The notes below the pieces were generated by a model. The model had not been told where the DNA came from. It searched no databases and saw only the letters and a list, made by a program, of their open reading frames with translations. Position numbers and translations under genes: made by a program. From the IMG/VR virus record IMGVR_UViG_3300044267_002854, positions 1 through 51,764 of that record: a stretch of 51,764 bases of DNA; one strand, 5' to 3'. The stretch comes from a virus. Its lineage: Duplodnaviria; Caudoviricetes. Shown here piece by piece: positions 28,942-37,247 of the stretch (positions are counted from its first letter, which is position 1; each line of letters starts with the position of its first letter).

Positions 28942-29140
28942 AAACATACAAGACCTTGTTCGTGACATGAATAAAGAAATAAAAAGTGGCACGGGCGAGG
29001 TCTACTACACGGACGAGAACGGTGTCAACAAGGAACTTAGCTACGTTGAAGACGTCGGTAATTATAATATCGCTTGTTACGTGGCTGGTCAAGAAGTACC
29101 CGTCGGCTACGTCAATGTTGGAGAGCTTGTAGATGGGTAA
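28928..29140 (+). CDS. hypothetical protein
   Basis: Likely start MEPFEN. Confidence 0.6.
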   Translation: MEPFENIQDLVRDMNKEIKSGTGEVYYTDENGVNKELSYVEDVGNYNIACYVAGQEVPVGYVNVGELVDG

Positions 29141-29309
29141 AATGAAAGCATGGCTACACGAAGTTACAGACTCTTTTTACGACAATGGAGCCAAAGCTAC
29201 CGCAAAAGAGTATAATATCAGTGAACAAGAAGTAATTGATGTTGTTAATACTTGGGAGGGTAATGAACCATGGGAAGCGAAAAAACTAACCGATACGTCG
29301 TCGAAATAG
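29133..29309 (+). CDS. small hypothetical protein (58 aa)
   Basis: Read by hand: MGKMKAWLHEV...; GGAG RBS. Confidence 0.55.
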   Translation: MGKMKAWLHEVTDSFYDNGAKATAKEYNISEQEVIDVVNTWEGNEPWEAKKLTDTSSK

Positions 29310-29473
29310 CAGTACCGACTGTAGAAACTTATGAAGTGGTTTCAGAAATACCGCTAACAAAGGAAGAAATAGTGAAAAGAACACAACACAGAAAGCCTCA
29401 AGATATAAAATACAGCGAGGCTATACCTACTGTTCTTGTCATAGAAGGGGTTATAGAGGATGAAGAAAACTAG
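29270..29473 (+). CDS. hypothetical protein
   Basis: GGAGG RBS. Confidence 0.6.
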   Translation: MGSEKTNRYVVEIAVPTVETYEVVSEIPLTKEEIVKRTQHRKPQDIKYSEAIPTVLVIEGVIEDEEN

Positions 29474-29888
29474 AGGATTTACTTGTGGAGCATTCGACCT
29501 ACTGCATCCTGGGCACCTATATTTCTTCAAAAAAGCAAAACAAAAGTGTGATCATTTAGTTATCGGACTACACACAGACCCAACAATAGACCGCCCCGAC
29601 TCAAAAAACAAGCCATGTGAATCGACCTACGAACGTTGGCTGAGGCTCGACTCAGTGAAGTATGTTGACGAAATTATCCCGTACGATACCGAATCTGATT
29701 TATGGAACTTGTTGCAAATGCTAGACCTAGACTTCAGGTTTTTAGGCGACGACTACAAAAATAAACCATTCACAGGAAAAGAACTGCCCATCAACATAGA
29801 GTACATCAGTAGGGATCATGCTTATTCTTCCAGTGGCTTAAGAAAAAGAATAGCAGAAAACGAACGGTGGCGCAAAGAACCTACATAA
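29460..29888 (+). CDS. cytidylyltransferase (TagD/glycerol-3-phosphate cytidylyltransferase-like)
   Basis: GAFDLLHPGH (HxGH), VDEIIPY, GDDY, YSSSGLR. Confidence 0.88.
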   Translation: MKKTRGFTCGAFDLLHPGHLYFFKKAKQKCDHLVIGLHTDPTIDRPDSKNKPCESTYERWLRLDSVKYVDEIIPYDTESDLWNLLQMLDLDFRFLGDDYKNKPFTGKELPINIEYISRDHAYSSSGLRKRIAENERWRKEPT

Positions 29889-29973
29889 ACATTAAACCGA
29901 TTGTCCTTTACTTTCCACTTTACTTTTTATATGCTATATGGGTAAATTAAATAATATATAGAGGTGACTAATC

Positions 29974-30138
29974 TTGAACAAAATAACTAAAATCGAGAAA
30001 GGGAACAGACCCAGACGGGTTAAACTAATGTCTGATGAGCTCTTTGCCATTGGCGAAAAACTACACGACTTCGGTGAAGGCGAACTGCGTTTTTTACAAA
30101 TCCTGATAGACGGTATTATTAACGGTCGGAGGAAATAA
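29974..30138 (+). CDS. small hypothetical protein (54 aa)
   Basis: Promoter at 29907, GAGGTG RBS, TTG start. Confidence 0.5.
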   Translation: MNKITKIEKGNRPRRVKLMSDELFAIGEKLHDFGEGELRFLQILIDGIINGRRK

Positions 30139-30143
30139 GCAGC

Positions 30144-30338
30144 ATGGAAAAGCCAAAAAAGAGATGCTGTATATGCAGTAGTGAAATCAAGCCTGATGCA
30201 CACGGTTGGGCTGGAGGGTACAACGCCTACCCTGTAGGGAAAGGGTCAGCGTGTCACGAATGTAATCACTGGCTCGTTGTTCCTGCCAGACTGGCACAAC
30301 TTAGAATGGACGATATAGATCGTGAAGATAAGGCTTGA
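30144..30338 (+). CDS. small Zn-finger-like protein
   Basis: CCIC...NAYPV...CHECN...VVPAR. Confidence 0.7.
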   Translation: MEKPKKRCCICSSEIKPDAHGWAGGYNAYPVGKGSACHECNHWLVVPARLAQLRMDDIDREDKA

Positions 30339-30615
30339 GGACAAGTGTTTAGAGTGTAATGCCCCGATTACTTGGGGCAAACCACTCGACACAGGCAATG
30401 GGAATGTTGGTGAAACTTTTCAGATAGACAGCATGGATATAGTGCGTCGAGCATATGAAGGTGGTCAAACATACTCCCTCAAAGAAAACAGCAACGTGTT
30501 CAGTACGGTGTGTAGTGCGTGTTGGTCAGACACCGAGTATGAAAATCCCGATAAGTATCAATCGGTTACGTCAGACAATGCCGACTATTTCGTGCAAGGA
30601 GAAGACGATGGGTAG
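30322..30615 (+). CDS. hypothetical protein (CxxC pairs)
   Basis: CLEC...CSAC. Confidence 0.55.
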   Translation: MKIRLEDKCLECNAPITWGKPLDTGNGNVGETFQIDSMDIVRRAYEGGQTYSLKENSNVFSTVCSACWSDTEYENPDKYQSVTSDNADYFVQGEDDG

Positions 30616-30700
30616 GTCAAAACGATCTAAATATTCCCCTTTACTTTCCACTTTACTTTATTTATGCTATATAGGTAATTAAATAATAAAGGTGAAAATT

Positions 30701-30955
30701 ATGAGCACATTTTTACAAGACGCACAGGACGAAAGCCTGACCATGAATTACAACGGGAAGGATATCCCTCTTGCTTATTGGAACTTAGTTATGACAAAGC
30801 GAGATTTATCCCTCTGGTGTAAACTTGGTATGAAGCCAAATAGACATTGGAAAGTAACAGACGTCAAAAAATACTTTGATATAAAAGGTACAAGGGAAAC
30901 CCTGTACGACAACTTTATAAAAAAGTATGGCGTACTTTTAGGGGAGCAGTCATGA
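30701..30955 (+). CDS. hypothetical protein
   Basis: Promoter at 30640; AAGGTG RBS. Confidence 0.7.
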   Translation: MSTFLQDAQDESLTMNYNGKDIPLAYWNLVMTKRDLSLWCKLGMKPNRHWKVTDVKKYFDIKGTRETLYDNFIKKYGVLLGEQS

Positions 30956-31236
30956 CTGAATCTATAACAACACGGTTATTAAATAAATCACAACTCACCG
31001 AACAAGAGAAAAACCGCTTGGTTGGTGAAATCTGTGCAGAGTATGAACGCCTGAGGTATAACGGCAGTGAAAAACAAGTGATGCGTATATACCACAGCGA
31101 CAGGACAGGTGCCGAAGACAACTACATCCGAGAAAAAACTGGAAAGTATTTTAGGTGTGGTTCTGGGTTTGCTTCAAACCTTCAAATAGGGTACTTAGCT
31201 ACACTCGGTGAAGTATTACGGGAGAACGCAGAATGA
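30952..31236 (+). CDS. hypothetical protein
   Basis: ATGA overlap. Confidence 0.65.
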   Translation: MTESITTRLLNKSQLTEQEKNRLVGEICAEYERLRYNGSEKQVMRIYHSDRTGAEDNYIREKTGKYFRCGSGFASNLQIGYLATLGEVLRENAE

Positions 31237-31661
31237 GTACTAGAGCAGTTTACCGTTTTGTTAAGGAAGACGGAATAAATGTCTACACAGATATCTATAA
31301 ACACCACGATGGCTATCCTTCGGGAGCTGTGCTTTGGATTCAGAACGCGATCGATTATGAGAAAAAGCAACGGGAAAACCTTTTTGAAGACCACTCGGGC
31401 GACTCCTACCCTGACCGTAGACTTCATTATGCAGACCGACTAGCTATTTCCTTCTTACTGGGGAATACTGGCTTTCGCCAATTTACTGAACCTGAAATAA
31501 ACTCAGACGCTGCATTCATTTATACTATACGTGTCTCGTACCAAGACATCCAGAACATTAATATAGTCTGGTGCGACTTTGAGAATGAGAACCAGTGGGA
31601 TGGTACTTTTGAGGAAATGTGCGAAGTATACAAAAACGTACGTGGGGAGAAGACAGCATGA
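31233..31661 (+). CDS. conserved hypothetical protein
   Basis: MSTRA...IYKHHDGYPSG motif common in phage early genes. Confidence 0.7.
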   Translation: MSTRAVYRFVKEDGINVYTDIYKHHDGYPSGAVLWIQNAIDYEKKQRENLFEDHSGDSYPDRRLHYADRLAISFLLGNTGFRQFTEPEINSDAAFIYTIRVSYQDIQNINIVWCDFENENQWDGTFEEMCEVYKNVRGEKTA

Positions 31662-31918
31662 AGATACTGGGTGTAATTATATTTTTAGCAGGAATGTTTG
31701 TGTTTAGTAGTGGCTTAGTGTTCTTGGACTTAGCGTCCCTGCCTTTGAAAAAAGACCTATACACCATAGATGTGCTGGGGCTTTTTAACAATATGTTTTC
31801 ATTAGACCCCTCAACAGCAAGTTTTCAGTCTATACTGTCTGCGTTGTTTATATTGATGGGTTGCTTTATCTGCTTTGCAGGAACTATATTAATGAGGAAT
31901 GACGATGGATCTATTTAA
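31658..31918 (+). CDS. two-TM membrane protein
   Basis: Two hydrophobic segments. Confidence 0.65.
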   Translation: MKILGVIIFLAGMFVFSSGLVFLDLASLPLKKDLYTIDVLGLFNNMFSLDPSTASFQSILSALFILMGCFICFAGTILMRNDDGSI

Positions 31919-32510
31919 AGGAAGAGCCAAAAACTACCCAGTGCGGATTAGAGAATGGGATGAACGCACCGACAGAGATTGGGAGGACACGGAAGTGATA
32001 GGTAGACCTACCCGAGCTTTCGGTACTTCTGTGTTTGAGTACGCAGGAAAAACCTATGAACCTCACCCCTGGGAAGAAAACGAAGACTTGGAAGATTTAA
32101 AAAAGTATTTAGAGGATTGGTTGACCGTAGAATACGACCGACCCGTAAAGTTCACTTTTTGTTTATGTGGGCTTTATGAATACTCTTGGGATGAGATACC
32201 TCATCATTCGGATACCGTACCAACTTACAACGACCTAGTGGTTGGTGTTTCTTACGGTTCACCTAGAATTTTAGAGTGGCTGACCTACCGAGGCGATATT
32301 AAAGCAGAAACCAATACCAGCAAGACTCACTTTATTAAGTACGATGAAGAGATCGCCGACTACTGGGAACCAACTAAAACCAGCTATTTATTGGAAGATG
32401 GTGACGTCTACGTGTTCGACGGACATAGCCAAATGTGCTCGACTCATGCGATTCCTCCTCTCGTAGGTACGGGGTCTAGATACAGCCTAACCTTTAGAAC
32501 AGGCATCTAG
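31899..32510 (+). CDS. AlkB-like 2OG-Fe(II) oxygenase
   Basis: HSD...VSYG...THAIP...RYSLTFR. Confidence 0.82.
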   Translation: MTMDLFKGRAKNYPVRIREWDERTDRDWEDTEVIGRPTRAFGTSVFEYAGKTYEPHPWEENEDLEDLKKYLEDWLTVEYDRPVKFTFCLCGLYEYSWDEIPHHSDTVPTYNDLVVGVSYGSPRILEWLTYRGDIKAETNTSKTHFIKYDEEIADYWEPTKTSYLLEDGDVYVFDGHSQMCSTHAIPPLVGTGSRYSLTFRTGI

Positions 32511-32589
32511 TTAATCTTTTACAACTCCTTTACTTTGTAAGCCCTGCGGGTTATGCTATAAGGGTAATAAATAATAAAAGGTGAAAACT

Positions 32590-33000
32590 ATGGAAACTGT
32601 AAGAGCAATGGTCATAGACCCTAAGAATAAAGAAACTAAAGTAATTGAACTTTCAGCAAAACCAGACTACAAGGAGTGGAAAAAACTTATGGGGATCGAC
32701 AGCCCTGTAGATTTAGTACGTCTTGAACGGTTCGCAGGTCCAGACCAAGAAATAGTGACGGGCTTAATTGTTGACGACGAAGGACTACTTAAAGAAAAGA
32801 ATTACTATTTTTTGCCCGAAGACTATCACTCACCCCTCGCTGGAACTGCGTTATTAATATCGTGGGATGACGAGTGTGAGAACGGTACGCTCGTAGACCT
32901 AGTGCTTCCGTCAGGCGGTATTCGCTGGGCTAAGGATGATTTTAAAATGTCTCCCGAGTTTGTCTTTGTAGACACTACTGATCAGGAGAAGTTAAACTAA
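32590..33000 (+). CDS. DUF3846-like hypothetical protein
   Basis: IVDDEGLLK...LAGTALL; promoter at 32529. Confidence 0.6.
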   Translation: METVRAMVIDPKNKETKVIELSAKPDYKEWKKLMGIDSPVDLVRLERFAGPDQEIVTGLIVDDEGLLKEKNYYFLPEDYHSPLAGTALLISWDDECENGTLVDLVLPSGGIRWAKDDFKMSPEFVFVDTTDQEKLN

Positions 33001-33082
33001 CCAGCATCGTACTGATGTAGTTTAGGATCAGGCTTTTGGGTTTTATACTATATGGGTAATAAATAATAAAAAGGTGAATTAA

Positions 33083-33358
33083 ATGAACGAAGAAAAACCT
33101 GGATTTGTACAAGTACTGGAAGACCGAGGCTATGAATTCCTTAGCCGTAGGTATGGTGTAGGAGGCTGGTTCTTTAAAAATAACAACCTCTACAAGTATT
33201 TAGCAACTCAACGCTGGGCGCATACTGCCGAAGGCAACTTACGGGATGGTAGAGTTAGGTCGTGGGCTAGGCTTACGAAGATTACTCACTATAACTACCT
33301 GAGCCATTACATCCCTCCGTATATTTATAAAGAAGTAATCGGGAGGAGTTTAAGATGA
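33083..33358 (+). CDS. hypothetical protein
   Basis: Promoter variant TTTAGG-N17-TATACT at 33021. Confidence 0.65.
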   Translation: MNEEKPGFVQVLEDRGYEFLSRRYGVGGWFFKNNNLYKYLATQRWAHTAEGNLRDGRVRSWARLTKITHYNYLSHYIPPYIYKEVIGRSLR

Positions 33359-33609
33359 AACAAAAATTTAAAAAACTTCCCGAGATAGGCGACACTGTTG
33401 TCTGCTCTGACTGTAGTGGTAAAGGTTGGTACGCCATGTCTCCAGCTACTGGTGACGAAAACTACAACGACCATTACCAAACCGATCATAACTGTCACAA
33501 CTGTAACCGTACTGGAGAGATGGTTGTTGTGGGTTTTAGTAAGTACGGAATCGAAACAGCACCTCCTGAGTCCGATTGGGTGTACGGTGAGGATGGAGAT
33601 TACAGCTAA
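33355..33609 (+). CDS. DnaJ-type CxxCxGxG Zn-finger protein
   Basis: CSDCSGKG...CHNCNRTG. Confidence 0.7.
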   Translation: MKQKFKKLPEIGDTVVCSDCSGKGWYAMSPATGDENYNDHYQTDHNCHNCNRTGEMVVVGFSKYGIETAPPESDWVYGEDGDYS

Positions 33610-33626
33610 TGAACGGAGAAATAAAG

Positions 33627-34046
33627 ATGAAACAAAAATTTAAAGATGGTTGGGAAATAATACCTGCTGATTCTAAGGCTGGGTTATTCATGGAAGAAGA
33701 CTGGGAGGAAAGACTCTCGCCCATAATAGATAAAGAACAGCAAATTATTTACAATATGCTTAAATTATTTATCCCTGAAGAATACGGCTATTACTTTGAT
33801 GAAATCCACGAGCACGACGAACCTGAAGACATACCTCATGGTGAAGGGGTGTGGCGAACGGTCTATAGTACTCCTCTCGGATTTTATTATAAGGCTGGTG
33901 AATACAACATAATAAATACTGCTTCAACCGAAGAATATATTTACTACGCCATTGGTCTACATGGTTGCAGCCTTCAATCTGCCCTTACTGAATATGTTAG
34001 GGTGCCTAAAGAACAATACTGGGCTAGGAGTTACACCAACGCATGA
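33627..34046 (+). CDS. acidic hypothetical protein
   Basis: GGAG RBS favours a start at 33627. Confidence 0.65.
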   Translation: MKQKFKDGWEIIPADSKAGLFMEEDWEERLSPIIDKEQQIIYNMLKLFIPEEYGYYFDEIHEHDEPEDIPHGEGVWRTVYSTPLGFYYKAGEYNIINTASTEEYIYYAIGLHGCSLQSALTEYVRVPKEQYWARSYTNA

Positions 34047-34330
34047 ACGAACAAGAATATCATAAAAAATACCCCTTTCAAGAGGCTACTAGCGAAGACT
34101 ACGATAAGGAACTAACAACTCAAATAACCTTTAGGTTTCCTGAAGTGTTAAGGAAGCGCATGATGGGCGAGTATCTGGAGTTTTACTACGACGAAGAAAG
34201 TACCTATGTTGAAACTATAGGGGAATGGTCTAATGCGGGTATGTACGTTCTCCGTGGTAAACGGTATTCAGATATGGAACTATATGATTCTGCCGTGGCG
34301 TATTTTGAGCTTCAAATTGATCAAGTTTAG
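34043..34330 (+). CDS. acidic hypothetical protein
   Basis: ATGA overlap. Confidence 0.65.
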   Translation: MNEQEYHKKYPFQEATSEDYDKELTTQITFRFPEVLRKRMMGEYLEFYYDEESTYVETIGEWSNAGMYVLRGKRYSDMELYDSAVAYFELQIDQV

Positions 34331-34386
34331 TATCAAGCCGTTGGGTTTTATAATATAGGGGTAATAAATAATAAAGGGGAACACTT

Positions 34387-35046
34387 ATGAATAAAGAACT
34401 TATAGATACTCGGTTAGTAGCTAAACTCATGAATCAAACCGCTAAAGAATGTGGTATGGTTCGGGTTTATAGTTGTACTGATACTCTTTGGTGGGGTAAG
34501 GTATACGAACTAGAAAAACGGGGCGCTATATATCCTGCGTATAACTATAGAAGGTTGGCTAAATGCTATAATTTTCTAGACGATCGTTTTATAGACGAAC
34601 TCACTAAAAAGGCTAAAGCCGAAGGTTTTGATTTGGCTGATTCCTCACTTAACGCTTATAAACGGAAATCAAAGGTGCGTAATCACTCCTGCCCTAAGTA
34701 TAAAAAGAAACTTAAACACTATTTTGATAACTGGAAGCAGGATAGTAGAATGCCTGTAGCCCGTATTATACCCAATACTGAAAATGCGGTTTACGTTAGG
34801 CTGATCGCCCACTTTAAGAATAAGGTATATTCGGTTAAATCAATAAACCCTGCTTCAAAAATAACTACGGGGATTTGTTATCTGGATATGCCCCGCTTGG
34901 CTGAAATGGTTAATTACTATATAGAAAGTGAACACTGGGAAGAGGTCACCGAAGATTGTACTTTTGAATTAACCCGTATACAAACAGGAAAAAAGGTTAT
35001 ATATACCTACGAAGAACTGCTTAAGTTTTTCGCTGATTCTAAGTAA
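34387..35046 (+). CDS. hypothetical protein
   Basis: 219 aa; promoter TTTAGT-N17-TATAAT at 34326. Confidence 0.75.
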   Translation: MNKELIDTRLVAKLMNQTAKECGMVRVYSCTDTLWWGKVYELEKRGAIYPAYNYRRLAKCYNFLDDRFIDELTKKAKAEGFDLADSSLNAYKRKSKVRNHSCPKYKKKLKHYFDNWKQDSRMPVARIIPNTENAVYVRLIAHFKNKVYSVKSINPASKITTGICYLDMPRLAEMVNYYIESEHWEEVTEDCTFELTRIQTGKKVIYTYEELLKFFADSK

Positions 35047-35233
35047 ACCTGTTCACGCCCCTTTACTTTTCTTGTAAAAGGGCGTTGTTGTTTTTTAACA
35101 ACTGATTCTGCACTGTTCATTGGCTGGGGCAATACCCTAAGGAGGATGGAAGCCCCTGTTGTTAGTGGGCTATTTGCGTATTAGTGTTGGAGAGTGGGAG
35201 AAATGTTTTTAAAAGTTAAATCAAATCGTGTTT

Positions 35234-35336
35234 TAGCCAATAGGGCAATAGTGTTTGAAGTAAGTATTTGAATAATAAGAAGAAATGTTATATTGGCTAG
35301 AGCTATTGGCTGAATATTGCCTAGATTAGCCAATAT
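35234..35336. repeat. second cluster of AGCCAATA/TATTGGCT repeats
   Basis: Six copies or variants at 35234, 35244, 35291, 35302, 35315 and 35327. Confidence 0.7.
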
Positions 35337-35383
35337 AATTGGGTATATTTTGGGTATGTTTTACAAGACGACATGTAAACAGT

Positions 35384-35715
35384 CTCATGGTTCTGGAACC
35401 TCTGTATCCACTGTTGTATACTATAGTTGTTCTGTCTCTTGGAGCTTGGGTCTCCTCTAAGATTCTTCGGCTCCCCGTCCCAAGAGCCAAGAATCTCTTA
35501 CAAGATCGATAAACAAGAAGAAAAAGAGACAGAAACAGAGATCTTCTTCTTGTTCTTCTTGGTTCAAGGACAAGAACCAAGAGCGATAATCGATAATCAT
35601 GAAGAACAAGAACATGAACCATTGCTCTTCTTCTTGTTCTTGCTCCTTGTTCTTCTTCTTGCTCACAAGGGCACGGGCACGGGCTTTTCTTCCTGTTTAT
35701 GTTCTTTATCTTCTT
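35384..35715. repeat. period-3 low-complexity tracts (GAA/CAA/CAT versus TTC/TTG/CTC)
   Basis: For example gaagaacaagaacatgaacc and ttcttcttgttcttgctcc. Confidence 0.8.
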
Positions 35716-35727
35716 TTAGAAAAGGGC

Positions 35728-35756
35728 TTTACTTTCTAGTAGTAAAGGGGTATCAT
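35728..35756 (+). promoter_or_regulatory. promoter TTTACT-N17-TATCAT with CTTTACT/AGTAAAG inverted repeat
   Basis: Recurrent motif. Confidence 0.7.
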
Positions 35757-35806
35757 ATCTTTACTAACTAATAACGGTTAGCAATTAACTTAAAAAGGTG
35801 AACTAC

Positions 35807-36097
35807 ATGCCACAATTAAGTAAAGCTGAAAAAACCGCAGTTAAGAAGGTCAAGGCTCAAGCTTCTGCTAAAGTAGAAGTTAAGGGTATGGGTGGTTTTC
35901 CTGTTACCGCTACTATTAAAGCTACAGGGAAACAACCAAGAGCTGGGCACAACCAAGATTGGGTTGATGCTTTTGATGGTCTCACCATTGGGGATTTCAT
36001 CGCTATTAAAAATAGTGATAAAATGCTCGGTGGATTTCAACGAGATACATCGGCTCTACGTTACTTCGTCAAGCACGGCTTCGTAACTATAGGGTAA
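35807..36097 (+). CDS. small basic putative DNA-binding protein (paralog of 37248)
   Basis: AAGGTG RBS; FPVTATI...FDGLTIGDFI...LRYFVKHGFVTIG. Confidence 0.75.
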   Translation: MPQLSKAEKTAVKKVKAQASAKVEVKGMGGFPVTATIKATGKQPRAGHNQDWVDAFDGLTIGDFIAIKNSDKMLGGFQRDTSALRYFVKHGFVTIG

Positions 36098-36107
36098 TCC
36101 CAAGAAG

Positions 36108-36138
36108 TCCCTCTTACTTAGGTAAGGGGGATTTTCTC
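36108..36138 (+). terminator. intrinsic terminator
   Basis: TCCCTCTTAC/GTAAGGGGGA stem followed by TTTT. Confidence 0.65.
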
Positions 36139-36141
36139 TAA

Positions 36142-36225
36142 CCGATAATCCCCAAGAACAAGAACACGAACCAAGATTCTTCTTCTTGTTGTTCAGTATA
36201 AGCACAACAAGAAGAACATGAACTC
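36142..36225. repeat. second period-3 GAA/CAA versus TTC/TTG tract
   Basis: cgataat..caagaacaagaacacgaacc..ttcttcttcttgttgttc, similar to 35584-35645. Confidence 0.75.
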
Positions 36226-36233
36226 ACGCTGGG

Positions 36234-36624
36234 TATAATCCACTAGGTCTTCCCTTTACTTTTTACTACTATATAGGGGTATTAATAAACTATAAGGTGA
36301 AATTATGAACTATGTAATAAATGATAAGGTCAAATTAAAGCCTATATCTAAAGGCGCTTCAAGCACTTGGTGGTATGACGAGGAAACTAATGAACTGTAT
36401 AAGTGGTTTCCACCAGCTTACCATGCAGGAACGGGGTATATTAACCGCCCCAGCTCTATTAGAAAGGTCACTGAGTTTAATATTGATAGTATGAATATCC
36501 CTAACTACGTTTTTAAACGAATGAAGACTAAATACTTAGGTTGGTCTTTATAATCCACTAGGTCTTCCCCCTAGTTTTTACTACTATAGTAGGGTAATAA
36601 ATTACTATAAGGTGAAATTATGAA
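36234..36624 (+). repeat. duplicated approx. 75-bp promoter/RBS leader (36234-36309 and 36549-36624)
   Basis: tataatccactaggtcttccc...tttttactactata...actataaggtgaaattatgaa occurs twice. Confidence 0.85.
36305..36553 (+). CDS. hypothetical protein
   Basis: Starts at the end of the duplicated leader. Confidence 0.7.
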   Translation: MNYVINDKVKLKPISKGASSTWWYDEETNELYKWFPPAYHAGTGYINRPSSIRKVTEFNIDSMNIPNYVFKRMKTKYLGWSL

Positions 36625-36952
36625 ATATGTTAATATGTACCGCACCAGCAGGTGCTACGGTGGACCCGAAGAGGGAGGCTGGTGGTATACTCAGGGAGAG
36701 TTCATAAAGTGCTACGGCATGTACTCTTCCAACGGGGATGCTAATTTAAAGGTAAAAAGGCTACAAGAGTCCCTTACTTACGAACCCACCTATCACTCTG
36801 GGTACGGTGATCACGACGGTGTTGACCCTTCAGGTAACGGCGATGATGCCTACCTCATCCCAGGTGGCGCTTGGGGGAAGGACGAAATATCCTTCTTAGT
36901 TGAAGACCATATAGGCGCTAACTTCCCTCGCTACACACCTCGCTACGAGTAA
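36620..36952 (+). CDS. conserved hypothetical protein (YGGPEEGGWWY motif)
   Basis: Starts at the end of the duplicated leader. Confidence 0.75.
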   Translation: MKYVNMYRTSRCYGGPEEGGWWYTQGEFIKCYGMYSSNGDANLKVKRLQESLTYEPTYHSGYGDHDGVDPSGNGDDAYLIPGGAWGKDEISFLVEDHIGANFPRYTPRYE

Positions 36953-36961
36953 TCCCCCGTG

Positions 36962-36997
36962 GCTCATGGTTCTGGTTTACCTTACAGAACCATGAGC
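36962..36997. terminator. perfect 13-bp hairpin
   Basis: GCTCATGGTTCTG-N10-CAGAACCATGAGC; no U tract. Confidence 0.55.
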
Positions 36998-37007
36998 TCT
37001 AAACCTC

Positions 37008-37097
37008 GATAAAGATAAAGATAAACAAAACCAAACCCGAACTCATACTCTTGTTCATGCTCATGTTCTTGTTCATGCTCGCATTCGTGTGTATGTG
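37008..37097. repeat. third period-3/6 tract (GATAAA x3; YTCWTG-type hexamers)
   Basis: gataaagataaagataaac...ctcttgttcatgctcatgttcttgttcatgctc. Confidence 0.8.
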
Positions 37098-37105
37098 GCT
37101 ACCCC

Positions 37106-37194
37106 TTTACTTATAACTAGTAGTTATATAGTTTTACCTTATAACTAAATATTATATTTAAACCCCTTTACTTACCCGTTAAAAAGCGTACTAT
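37106..37194 (+). promoter_or_regulatory. tandem promoters TTTACT-N17-TAGTTT (37106) and TTTACT-N16-TACTAT (37167)
   Basis: Recurrent motif. Confidence 0.6.
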
Positions 37195-37247
37195 TATAGG
37201 TACTATTAAATAATTAAGTTTAATAGCGTAAATAAAGGTAAATAAAA

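Noticed and set aside
35326-35771. ORFs 35326-35622(-), 35427-35771(+) and 35457-35666(-)
   Set aside because: They arise from stop-poor period-3 tracts whose polarity flips. They have no RBS or promoter, and the plus-strand ORF runs over the next promoter.
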